A stretch of 52,887 nt of DNA, counting the filler, from Sphacelaria rigidula (Eukaryota): NCBI GenBank assembly GCA_964200075.2. It is 3 parts of 3 records of this genome, joined end to end, with 100 filler letters (N's around TTAATTAATTAA, not from the genome) between each part and the next. Parts side by side here need not be neighbours in the genome. Positions count along the whole stretch, not along the records: positions 1 to 17,564 come from CAXNAA020001042.1; positions 17,665 to 35,228 come from CAXNAA020001043.1; 1 more part is not named here. One strand, written 5' to 3'. The notes under the pieces are model-generated. The model searched no databases. It was not told the origin of the DNA and worked only from the letters and a program-made list of their open reading frames with translations. Positions 12,946 to 24,853 of the stretch are shown here, one piece after another. The translations under genes and the position numbers were made by a program. How positions within the stretch are numbered: position 1 is the first letter of the stretch; every line of letters starts with the position of its first letter.

Positions 12946-12989
<44 letters not shown>
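12946..12989. repeat. (TG)n microsatellite
   Basis: About 22 perfect TG units. Confidence 0.95.
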
Positions 12990-12991
<2 letters not shown>

Positions 12992-13199
12992 GATGTCTGC
13001 GTATGTGTGTGTCGATGCTGTTATACGTGTGGCGGATAGAGCTCCCTCGTGCGTGTCGCCACTTGTTGGCTGGGAGTGTATATGTTGTGGGACCATTTTT
13101 TCGAGAGGTGGCTAGATGCGGGATGGTTGGCGGTTGCTGTCATCTCGGACGCTACGACGCTACCAGTTGCAAGTAGCATGTCGTTGAGCTCGTCAAACA

Positions 13200-15300
13200 C
13201 TGTATAGCGGGTGGAATGATGCCCTGATGAAAATGATGCAGAAGCATACACGGGAAACCATGTGCGGGATGAATACTGTCGTTGTACTTCTGTACGGTCC
13301 GGTCGCGAATTATTTGTAATGACGTTCTGTGAGCACCATGTACTGAAAAAACACCTCGCTTGGTTCGACTCCGATCGTTGAGCTAGCTGCATTCTGGACA
13401 CATGACTTGTCCACGGTTTGCGGAAGGCATACGAATCGGCGAAGAGGAGGAGAGGGAGCACAAAACGCGGTGGGTATTGATTGAGGTGATGGCGTTGTGG
13501 CCGTATCTGCACATAAATGACACTGGAGAGGGCGAAATGGATTGCCTTCACCCTGACTCCGCTGTTACTGGGCTAGATGAGACGACGATGAGCAGACGAG
13601 AAACAAAGGCGAACCAAGTCGATAGGCCTCTTGTTACAACACCGCCTTCTCTTCTGATAGTGCATGCTGTGAGTCCTCAAACATACCTGCAACTTTCTAT
13701 GAACTTCCTGCGAAGAGTCGCATCATGCTCTCGACACTCATTCCCATCCGATCCCGGAAGTTTGCATGGTAGTGCCCCTGTACCCTCCTATGTACCACGA
13801 TGGTGAGGCACCCATGAGGCAGTATATAAGCCGTGGCTGTTCCTGGAAGTGGCGATACCACACAATAAAGCAACTCATTGTAGGCTGTCATCCGTATGCA
13901 AAATAATCAATAGGCTTCGGACCCAACAATCTTGGCAGGATGCAGCTCACCCTTTATTCGACTCGCCGAACACACTTCGTCGCTTCGCTTAGTGACTGAT
14001 TGCGAGCCTGGTCCGGCGAGAACCTGGCGTGCTGCGTCCTGACTTTGTAGGGATGCGAGGTGAATGGTGGTTTATGACTATGGCATGCATGATCACGAGT
14101 GCACCCTACCTACCGGACTACCGCGCAAATTCGAGCGGATGGTTCGAAGCACACATACACAACCTTGAAATTCTCAAACGCTGTTTGTGTGATGAACCGT
14201 CCAACAGGTGCTCCATCACTGTCAGTAACATGATATATGCCCAACCTGAACCACAGTCCGCCTCGGGTTTGTTGAACGGCAGTACTTGTGGGCGCCAAGG
14301 GAGCATTCAATGGTAGCTTCGCAACCATTTTCCGAGCCAACAGGCCCATGCTGAGTCGTCGTTGGTTTGTGCCGTATCCTCTGCTACATGCGTAGAGGCA
14401 GCATTCAAACGTGTGTATTCTTGCGTAGAGGCAGTGTCATGATTTTCACCTGCTTTGAGACATGGTTTTTGCGGTTTCTCAATTTGACTGCTTCTGTGGT
14501 TGATTTGGTTGACTGTCGTCGCACACCAACTGGTTCCCGGCGGATACAGCCGTCATCATAAGGTAGGCGCACAAGCTGGGGTAAACGAAATGGACGCTCT
14601 CCGAAGAGAAGACGAGCGAGAGAAAAATGACGACAAAAGATACAACAAAGAATTTATAGGGTGAACACCAACGAGCGGAAAGAAGGAATACAATGGGGGG
14701 AATGAAAATAACCGGTTCCGATGAAGAAAGGATATAGTCATCTACTAGATGAAGTAACGAAAAGAATCAAAATTGTCCCGTCCCTGTAGTATGACTTCAG
14801 ATCGAAACTCTGGGCAAAAACGAAAGAGGAGTCGAAAAATGCCGTGGATGTTGACCGGAAGCCACAAAGTCTGGGCATGAACCGTCACCAACGGACTCTA
14901 CAGGGGCGAGAAGCAAAGTCGTAACACCGCTGCCGTAAAAAACTAAGAACCACATCGTACAAGCAAGCACGCAAGGAAACAAACAAACAGACAGTCCCCT
15001 AGTGTTGGATGTTCGTGGTCCGTTCCTCTGGCCAAACTTCGCAAACTAAGGGTCTCAAACTTCGTAAGCTCTGCTTCAATAGTGGGTCGGTTGGCGGTTG
15101 GCGGGTACAGTGTAACAATCTTCGCGAGGTCGTGCATTCGAGTAGCCTTGTGACATGGAATACAAACTACAAACATCACCTCTCAGCTATGGTCTGCAAT
15201 CACGGAAGAGAAATGCCAGGCAATCGATCTGGGGGCAGAGCGCAGGTGATGAAATAATGCAAAGCACTATCAAATGAACGGCCTCAGGATACGGAAACAG
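13200..15300 (-). mobile_element. Possible very degenerate LTR-retrotransposon (Copia-like) relic
   Basis: Only faint motif echoes on the minus strand, such as GIYHVTDSDGAPVGRF (resembles the W-x-K-x-D-G-RFK start of Copia RT) and LLFADSYA. There is no intact ORF. Confidence 0.25.
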
Positions 15301-17564
15301 AATCGCCACGTAGACGGGACATTTTGTCTACCATGTTTCACAGGAGATAGTCCGACTCATCTTTTGGTTACATCTTACTCCTGCGTGCATCTCATGGCAT
15401 CTTCTTCAACGCAGGAGACACATCGCCCTCTATTCAGGCTACAGGCCCAACAAGAGTAAGTGGATCACACAGCGCCATCATCTTAGCATTAAACGACACC
15501 GATAGAGCTACGTCACAACAACACACGGTAATACGATGCATGCAGCAATCGCACGTATGTTGAAATGATGATTATCTATCTTATCCCACTGCGAGTCTGG
15601 CTCGCCTGGGATATAGACAACTGTTGATGCCTTTCTCTACCTAGGCCCAGTGTTTCGTGCTGTACGTACAGTAGATGTTGATGGTACCTCTAGCGGCAAT
15701 CCCAAAACTGCGTGGTTGCTGACACGGTGTGTCCGATTCGACGTGGTGGATTAAATTAAGCGGTGTCAGTTGACGCACCTTGAATTGAAAACAACGACGG
15801 TGCAAGCAATACATGACGCGTATCAGGAGTGCCGCAACACATCAGTTGAGCCCAACCTGAGTACGTTTCTACTGACGAGACGAGCTGTTGTAATAGAGAT
15901 AGAGGGGGTAAAACACTATCGCTTGGGGTAGCTCCGACGGGGAACTACGTTGATGCAGTCCCGTCCAACATGAGACACTCGTACATCAACTGAGTCGAAC
16001 TCGATCATGTCTTGTTTCGTTCCTAAATCTTCGATTTGGATACGTGATCGCTCGGAAAGCTGAACTCTATCGAAATCTCGAACCTTGCACGCGTGAATGC
16101 GATCGACTAAGGTGTTCGACTCTGCGCAGAAACTCGAGGAGTTATCTTCCCCCGTGAAGGCGAGTTCCGCATTTACCCAGTTCTTCATGTTATGACACTT
16201 CGTGTCACCTTCTCTCGCTGTTCGACTTTTTCCCGCGGCTTGCAACGCGGTCGATGTTCCCTGTCCATGCTTCCCGCGTAGGCTCCCCTCAGTATTTGGG
16301 ATCCCCCCCTCTTTTCTCTCTCTCTCTCTCGTTATTTCCTCATATCTTGCGTTCTTCCTTTCTAGCTCTTGTTATGTTGTCCTCCTTGTTCCTTTACGCT
16401 CTTGTTGTTCGTTTCCCCAATATTTCCATTGTTGTTTTGCTTGTGTTTATCTTGGTTCTGTTTCCGGCTTTTACTGAATTTCTTCCTTTCGGTTGTGCCC
16501 CTTTTGCTTGTGGTCTTGCTAGCTTTTGGTACGGCTTCCCTATCTCAAGGCATGCGGAAGGATCCGCTCAGGGACTTTCAGTCAATATTGACATTAGGTC
16601 ATCCCCCAAGATTTTTCTTTGGCTTCTTATTTCCTTTCCTTTCTCGCTCTTCTATTCCTTTTGTTCCAGGTTTCCTTCGTCATCTCTTTTTTCTCCTTCA
16701 TCCTTGCTGTTTTTCGGGTTTGATCCAGCTAGTGCTTGCCGCTTATTGCCTCGGGTGCATCTATCCTTGGGACCACGGCTGGGTTCAACGCGGATCGTAT
16801 GATGCGCGATACATTCGATCAACCAACCAGTCAACCATCGGTGGTACAACGGAGAGATTTCCACAGGAAACCGTTTTCGACGGCTAGCGCGCCGTGAGGA
16901 TGTTCACACCAGTTTTTCACATACAGCACTTCTTGCGTGTGCTTAGTCACGCCACCTGGTCAACGCTGTTCATGGAAGACTAGCACCGTGTTGGGCCCAC
17001 ACTAAGGCGGTACATTGGTTACTGGATCCTAAAACACTCTCCTTACTCGTAGTCTCGCCATGATTTGTGCTGCCCCAGTGCCGGTCAACCACTACCCGCG
17101 AGTTTGTGAACCCCACGTGCATGCTGGTTTCTTGTCTTTTGGGGGACTAGACATCACCGCCTTTTCCTCTAATTTCGGCAAGGGGGAGGAGAAGGTCTGC
17201 ATATTGATCTTAGGCCATCTGGGGTCATGTTGATAATGATTGTCTTGAAGGTTTCCACGGCACATCCAGTCGCCGATTCGACTCGTTTCCCTTGCGGGGA
17301 GCTGTCGGGTGTCTTTTCTTGGGACCCGCACCAGATGTCAGCCTGGCGCTGGTCGTATTTTCTCTCATTCCCTCCCCTTTTTTGTCTCTGTGCCGATTCC
17401 CTCCTTCTTGGTTTGCATTTTGCTGTGTTCCCGTCTCTCTTTAACTGCAACTGATCCTTGTTTTCTGCCCATGCACTTCGAGGGTCACAACAATCGAGAC
17501 GACGCTTGGCAGCCCTGCTGCGAAGTGTTGAGTATTCCGGTACATCTGACCTACACTTAACAGC

Positions 17565-17664
17565 NNNNNNNNNNNNNNNNNNNNNNNNNNNNNNNNNNNN
17601 NNNNNNNNTTAATTAATTAANNNNNNNNNNNNNNNNNNNNNNNNNNNNNNNNNNNNNNNNNNNN
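17565..17664. other. Artificial contig linker or gap (N44-TTAATTAATTAA-N44)
   Basis: Exactly 100 nt with a central spacer that puts stops in all six frames; identical to the linker at 35229. Confidence 0.97.
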
Positions 17665-18399
17665 AATTTCGAGCAACAAATGGCCCAAAATACCCCCCCC
17701 CCTATCGTAAGATGACTCCTTTGTTGAAACCAACTACGGAGTACTTCGTATTAAATATCACTATTTGGCGCCCGAAAATGAATTATATAAAAGTGAGATA
17801 TTTGGGCATTCGAAGGCGTCTTTTCCCTCACGATTGGGGTTACAGGACCACACTCCTTCGGGAACATTTGCAAGGCTTGACAGAGCAAACCCAGAGCAAT
17901 TTTCCGCTCCTCTGCATGTTCTGTTTTGATGCAGACCCACCTTCCCATTTTTGTTCCAAGCGTACGAAGTGGATATCATGAATGAAAGTAGCTAAAAGGA
18001 ACGCTACGCCCGCATCGATAACTTGTGGAGAAACGGAAAATGAAAATTGCTCTGGGTTCGTTTCATCAAAAACCAAAATGTTACTAGAAAAGACTTGAGA
18101 AACTGTGGTCATTTGCCCCCAATCCTAGGGACAAAAACGCCTTCAAATGCTCAAATATCCCATCTTCGTATGATTTACTTCGGGATGGCATGAGAGTTGG
18201 TCCACCACAAACGCAAGTCCAAGTCCAATGCTCAGGCAAGGGCGGTACGAATAGTGCCTGTGGCAAGGTCGGCGCGGATTGAGTTAGGTGCCGATCTGAG
18301 GCAAAATGCATGTTATACTGGGAGGTCCACTACTCCGCACACCGTTTCGCGTACAACACTGCGCACATATCACAGCCTGACAGGCGTAGAGGTAGTCAC

Positions 18400-20584
18400 C
18401 GGTAAGTGTGGGAGGAGCGCGGCGCTCTCTATCACGAACGGCGTGACTCGACACCTCCACACCTCCACACGGACAGCTGTTTGAGGAAAACATGATGCTC
18501 GAGCGCTTCTTCGTAACGTATTCGATGTTGCTGTGAAACAAGAGCAAAAGTTCAGCTAACTCTCAGACAGTGAGCGTCGCCTCAGAGCAGCCTCACAGGC
18601 TAACAGTTCAGGGACACCCGGGGGTTTTCATTGGGCAGGGGGTGGTTTTTAACAGGGGGGGGGGGGGAGCCTGTTGGCAGGACAGCCGAAAAGCTTACCA
18701 TATCAACCATGGGACCATGTGTGCTTGAAATGAGGACCTACACCCGGATGGGTAGGGTGACTCGTCTACAGAGTTGAGCTGGGGGACATTGAAGGAGGTT
18801 TCCTCGGGGAGGAAGTCGCTCACTAGATGAGGAAGAGGGATGCTTTTAAGTCCGAGACTACCGGGGTGGGGGGGCAATCCCACTTTGGTGCCTACCAGTA
18901 CATCCGACCCTCAATGACTATTCAGCCCAAGGGCTGAATACGAAGATTACGGCGGGTGGGACGCACTCGAATGCGTGGTACGAAACTAGACATGGCGAAG
19001 TGCATGGTGAAATGTTCCTACCTGTCTTCTGCAGTCGAAAACAAGAATGTGCTCGGAAGTTTCCCACGAAAAATTAGGAGACAGGAACGAGGCCCGAGAG
19101 ACGCAGACCATCCTGAACAATCGCGGTCGTCAGAATGGTCACTTTGTTCCCCTACAGGTGGACTTTGGGTAGACTACTTCGCTGTACAGCAGCCGTATTT
19201 CTCATTTTGGCCATGACAATTCAAGTATAATGGCACGGACACAAGCAACTCGCTTTTTGCTCTGCTCGTGGTCTACGCCGCCCGCCTGACCCCTCATGTG
19301 TCGCCGGCGTAGCTTCACACAGTCTGCATTGTTCTTGTGAAACACTGAGGAGAGATATCAGCATGCAATAGACTGCATGAGAATCACATGTGCACCCGGG
19401 TGCACCATCTGCACCCTCGGATAATGGCAAAACACGTGCGGCTGGCCTGTGCCGCATGACCACCCCGACCGTGGAGACTTGGGTCACACTCTAATCGGAA
19501 CCAGCACAACCAAAGCGGAATAAAATCAGTAGTACGGCAGTATCATGATGTCGCACTCTCTCTAACCTCTGACTCCTCATCGCGTGGTGGAGTCTGTATG
19601 ACTTCCCACTGCCAGCTCGAACATGAAAAAAATGCTCTGTGTTGATTATTTCAAAGCTCAAAATGTTATGCTCGCTCACCTCCCACCCATGTATGATACA
19701 CACCGACCAAGTACAAGGGGGGAAAGAGCTGCCGCTGTACCTCAAGAGGCACAGAAAACCCAAGGTGAAGAGATTGGCGTGTACCGGGACGGACAACATC
19801 ATGACTATTTCATGAGCTTGTTGTTAGTTGTGTTGAGTGTATCGGTACCATGTGCACCGCGCTGTTTCTACAGCAAAAAATGAGAGATGACCTACAGACG
19901 GAAATGTACACGAAAACCCCCCCAAAAAACAGAGCGTTGTACAATACTGTACAGACGGTACAGTGCGGTGTCTTCCTATTCTCTCCCCCCTCCCGGTGCT
20001 TTCCTTCCTTCGTCTATGAGCATCACTGAAGGATCACATTCCGCCAAATCTCCGGGTAGCGTAACCCCTTTTTGCGGTCAGCTGTTAATTTTAACCTCTT
20101 GACCACCAGGGGGGGCATTTTTTATGTCGAAATTATGCCGACGAAAAAGAGGACTCGGCGTTGGGGTGACACGTTCTCCGTGTTCTTTCAAGCGCGCGGA
20201 CGCTGTGGAGACTGGACTATTTATTGCCGTTGTTTCCAGCGAAAGATGCCGCACACATACACACACAAAAAGACTGCACGCAATTGACTGCAGGGTCAAA
20301 CCGGTCAGGGGTTCTCGGGTACCATTTTTTACATGAATAGCCAAACATCCACATGTTTTTGAGAAATGCGTCTTGTGTAGCGAGAAAAAGGCTGTTGTCA
20401 ACCCCATATGTGACATAGTCCAACTCACTCCACCTTCTCGGGGGTCGCTGTTTGAGGCCTAAGGCACAAGATCTCGGTACAAATACAGCCAGCCTATGGG
20501 GCCCAAAGAAGCCAAAAAGTTGTCTCGTGGAGATCAAAAGGCTCCCGAGAAAGTAGCCGGCGTGCCGACTACACACTGCAAGAC
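18400..20584 (-). pseudogene. Probable multi-exon pseudogene or gene fragment of unknown product, with hydrophobic segments
   Basis: A chain of phase-compatible exon-like segments: 20584-20434 (VLQCVVGTPATFSGAF*SPRDNFLASLGPIGWLYLYRDLVP*ASNSDPRE, two in-frame stops), 19816-19741 (HEIVMMLSVPVHANLFTLGFLCLL), 19615-19567 (WQWEVIQTPPRDEESE), 19333-19254 and 18530-18400. Several splice sites are non-optimal (AAG or GAG acceptors, a GC donor). Confidence 0.4.
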
Positions 20585-20871
20585 CTGTATTTTTTTGTGT
20601 ATTTCATTTTCGGGGGTGGATGGAGCAGTCAAATATAAATGCCGACCCATGTAAACCATGGGACAGATAGATGTTAACCCCGGATTTGGGCGGGTGTGGA
20701 TAGGAGAAGGGTCATTTGAACAGGCACGAAATTGGTAATATTCTATAGTCCATACATGTAGCAACAATAGCCTCCCATGAACCACAAACAGCAATGCCTG
20801 GAGCCTATCCTACGGTGGTCGTTTGTGGATATAGCCAATGCCGAAGAAAATCACCCGAAAGCGAAATGTTC

Positions 20872-21754
20872 CACACGTCGGACAGATCAGCTCCCTATAG
20901 CTCGAGCTAGCTCTTTTTGAGCGTAGCTCCCTAGTGAGCTGCGAGAGCTAAATGAGCTGCACATGTTTGCCCTGGGTGAGCTACCAACCCTTGGCTCATC
21001 AGCTCATATTAGCCCTGGGTGAGCTTTGAGAGCTGCATGAGCTACGCATGTTTGCCCCCGATGAGCTATAAGAGATGCATGAGCTACACATGTTTGCCCT
21101 GGGTGAGCTATGAGAGATACATGAGCTACACATGTTTACCCTGGATGAGCTTTTGAGAGCTATGAGGGCAATGATTGCTCATCCGTTTGACCGCAAGGGT
21201 AGGAGGTTGGCGATCTGATAAATCAGCAGATTTCACTCTCTTCTTCGGGTGTGAGAATGCCACGATCCTGTGTCCCTGGGGTGAGCTACCGGGCGTAGCT
21301 CATCCGCTCATGTTTTTCCCGGGTGAGCTACAAGAGCTTCGTGAGCTACACATGTTTGCCTTGGGTGATGTATCGGGCGTAGCTCATCCGCATATGTTTT
21401 CCCTGGGTGAGCTGTGAGAGCTACATGAGCTGCACATGTTTGCCCTGGATGAGCTACCAACCCGTAGCTCATCAGCTCATATTTGTCCTGGGTGAGCTGT
21501 GGGAGCTGTATGAGCTACGCACATTTGCGATAGGTGAGCTACCAACCCGTAGCTCATCAGCTCATATTCGCCCTGGGTGGGCTAGGAGAGCTGCATGAGC
21601 TACGCATGTTCGCCCTGGGTGAGCTACCGACTCGTAGCTCATCAACGCAAGTTTACCTTGTGTTGAGCTACCAGACGTAGCTCACATGTACATGTTTGAC
21701 TGCGAGTGAGCTACCACCCGCTGATGAGCTAGCTCATGATCTGTCCTACGTGTG
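20872..21754. mobile_element. Non-autonomous TIR element filled with GAGCT/TGAGCTAC degenerate repeats, hAT-like 8-bp TSD
   Basis: TIRs are CACACGTCGGACAGATC (20872-20888) and GATCTGTCCTACGTGTG (21738-21754), a 16/17 match. Flanks AAATGTTC and AAATATTC match 7/8. The interior has many copies of CATGTTTGCCCTGGGTGAGCT...GAGCTACA. Confidence 0.8.
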
Positions 21755-24700
21755 AAATATTCGGCTTGGCATGATTGTGTACACACATAACAAGGTTTTC
21801 GTAAGATTGAGAGTTGGGTGCGGATTGAGAGTGGCTTTGACTATTCACTTTAACTTGGCCAACATTTCATCGCGTGTGTGCTTTTCGTCGTCTCATCACT
21901 GCCATGTGCTTACAGCTACACGTTGATATCCTACTCAAGGGGAGCGAGGGCCTAGTGGCGAGCTACTACAGAGAGAAAATTGGGCCTGGTGGAAGTGCAT
22001 TTCGGAACTCAAACGGCATATTCACTAATGGACCGCTTTTCACTCTCAATCGTACCTTCAACTCTCAATTTCACGAAAACGTTGTCATATGCAGCTCACA
22101 GTACAGTACACGGGGCAACTTTTACAGTACAGTATAGTGGTGCAGCTCTCTCCCATGTTGGAATATTGGAATACTCCACAAACACAAGTACAACAGTACT
22201 TGTGCAAATACACCAGTGCAGACAGTGTGGCCCGAAGTAACTCTTGGCCTAATGCGAGTGGAACAGCGACGGCTGTCGGAAATTGTCGGTCAAAATCGAA
22301 ACACCGCCCAACCATATCCGCGCGCGCCGACAACACGTACATCCCCCACCAATACACGCTACACCACGCTCAGCTGTTCAGCAACAGCTGTCTAAATGCG
22401 TGTTGTATTTTTTGTAGATGCGCACGTTCTACTGAAGGCGCGATCACTGTTCCTATTGATCCATGATCGGTTGTCGCACACTACTGTAACTGCTTGCTCT
22501 AAGTCCAGATGTGATCGTGTTCACGAGATATACATACAGAGCTCAATGTTGAAAAACGGAAACATTGTCTACGCACAAACTGAAGAGAGGGTAAAGTCGA
22601 ACAAGAAAGGAGAAAGCATACGTACATACAATTATTGGAAGAGGAGGCACACAAGGACTGACGCGGAGAAAATATATCGCTTTGTGCCATTTTTACAAGC
22701 TAGATTCATGCATCACCCCTTGACCCACCAGGGTGGGTCCATCTACTGAATCCGCACCATTTTCACATGGAGAATGACCCGTAGACCCAGACTACAACTG
22801 ACAAGTCAAGGGGTTGGATTGCTGACAACGTATTGACATGAACCATGAAATCACGATAGCACCTCTACATGTACCATGAACTCGATATGTTCGCGAAGCT
22901 GCAGGCATATCGTACCTCTGTGTGGACATGAAGGTATTTGCACCAACACTGCGGGAAACTGATGAAAATTGGGCGATGCATGGTCGTAAGCTGCCTCTTG
23001 AGAGGCAGGGCCAACGTGTAGCCAACCGTTGACCAACGAGGTGCGGGGTGTGCAAGTGTCTGAGATGATGAGTGGTCCGATGCCAACACTGCAGGTGATA
23101 ATCCATGAGCGGGGGTTATCACGGGGGTAGTTTTTCGTGACTGCGTTCTGAACCGACTGATGGCCCCTCTGAACTACCTCATCGGCCAGCTTAGCCACTT
23201 TCTCGCCGATGACGGTACGCGGCATTGGATGATGGCAGTGGAACATGTTGCGAATTGATTCCCGCGTCGACATAGGGTGACAGCAGAAATGTCGTCGTTG
23301 AGATCGAAATGTGGCTCAACTGATGCACGCGTGCAAACCAGTTTTTTGAGCGTATAGTTCATGAAGCAAAACGAACTGCCGTGAAGTTAGATGGGACTGG
23401 AAGAAGCTGGATACTGGATCTTGTGTCTTCGGTACTCGTGCCATAAAATATGCCTCGATGATCGTGTGCTTGGTTATTCATGTTGAACCAAAAGAACGTT
23501 GATCAATGCGTTGTTTTCAAAACTGCGATGTTTTGCACCAACGGCCCAGTCGATGCCGTCTTTGCCAACTAAACACCTGCACATGCTAGTCTCCCCCCCA
23601 AAACCCAAAGTTGAGATTCTGAACACTGTATGTGCACCCCAACCCTCAAATCTATACGCAGGCCGTATACGCAAATACCTCGACCCTGAGCGCCCGTATC
23701 AACGAGCACTGCCTTCTCCTAGCAGTAGCCAAACGCAAGCAGGCAAGAGGGGGCCAAGAACACGAAGCTCCGACGCAGCAACACCCCACCATCGCCATGG
23801 GGAAAAATTCCCCACCAAGCGAGAAGGTACTTGCTATTGAGGTGGAGGGCGAGGCTAAGGTAACGAACGTGAGTCAATGCAAGCATAGCGCGGGAATGCG
23901 GTGTGTCCAATAGTCGAGTCGTCACCAGCCCCTCGGAACTTTGCACCCGGGGGCGATACTCTGTCATCTCCGGCAATACCTGAAAGGACCGATCAGCCTT
24001 CTCGGGCAGCATGTGGTCCTACCTGGTAGTAAGTATCTCTCATTGAAAGTAGCTTTAGTTGTTCTGGGGGTTTTCTCGCGTACTATTCGAAATAACTCGA
24101 ATGTGCTAGCGTCGATATATTTTGGGTACAAAAAACAGATCGTCCCCAAAATACAGTCCCCAAGTTAGTGTCAGTTGGTGTTGTCGAGCGATACGAGTAG
24201 ATACCCCGTTTTCCAGGAGGGTGCTATTAACCGTGAAGCACAATTTTTCGGCTCTAGTACAAAATGTAGGTGGAATAAAAAGAAGGAAGTATTTTGCTTT
24301 CTTCACAACTGCGATCGGGATAGGCTCGATCGACCGAAAATACCGAAGAGTCAGAATCTGAAGCTGAAAAGTGGCAGGACCCCCGATGACCCGTCAGCGC
24401 GTAAGTCACTGAATATTGAATACCTTTTTTTTTCCGGGAATGTGGAGCGGATACTAGTATCCTCTGAACCCCGATGTCATGAGCGGTGGCAAGCGAAAGG
24501 ACCTGAGAAATCGCCAATTACGAGGAAATGACCAAATACCGCACTTTGAACGTGAGGTACTGTATCATACAACATGGTAAAAGACGGGATATAATCCGAC
24601 AGGGTCTCATTACGATACTCGAAGAAGAAAATAAAACTTGTTTACCTTGTTCCCAAAATAAAGGGAACATATTTATGATCTTGCTGCTTGCTGGCGTCTG

Positions 24701-24853
24701 AAAGGGGGGCATACGAAGTGATTTTGATGCAAGAACAATTGGAGCCTGACATCCCCTCCCCTGTACTACCGTTGAACGGCTCAGGTGTCGTATGGAACAG
24801 AAGCTGCACTGGGCACCCATACTGACAGTCACCAGCGGGAACGGTCGGTATCG

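Noticed and set aside
16254-16887. Hydrophobic, membrane-protein-like ORFs
   Set aside because: They arise from a T/C-rich low-complexity strand that is open in several frames, a compositional artefact.
22790-23400. Possible DNA-transposase (hAT-like) relic on the minus strand
   Set aside because: Only vague similarity (RTVIGEKVAKLADEV), with no catalytic motifs or TIRs identified.
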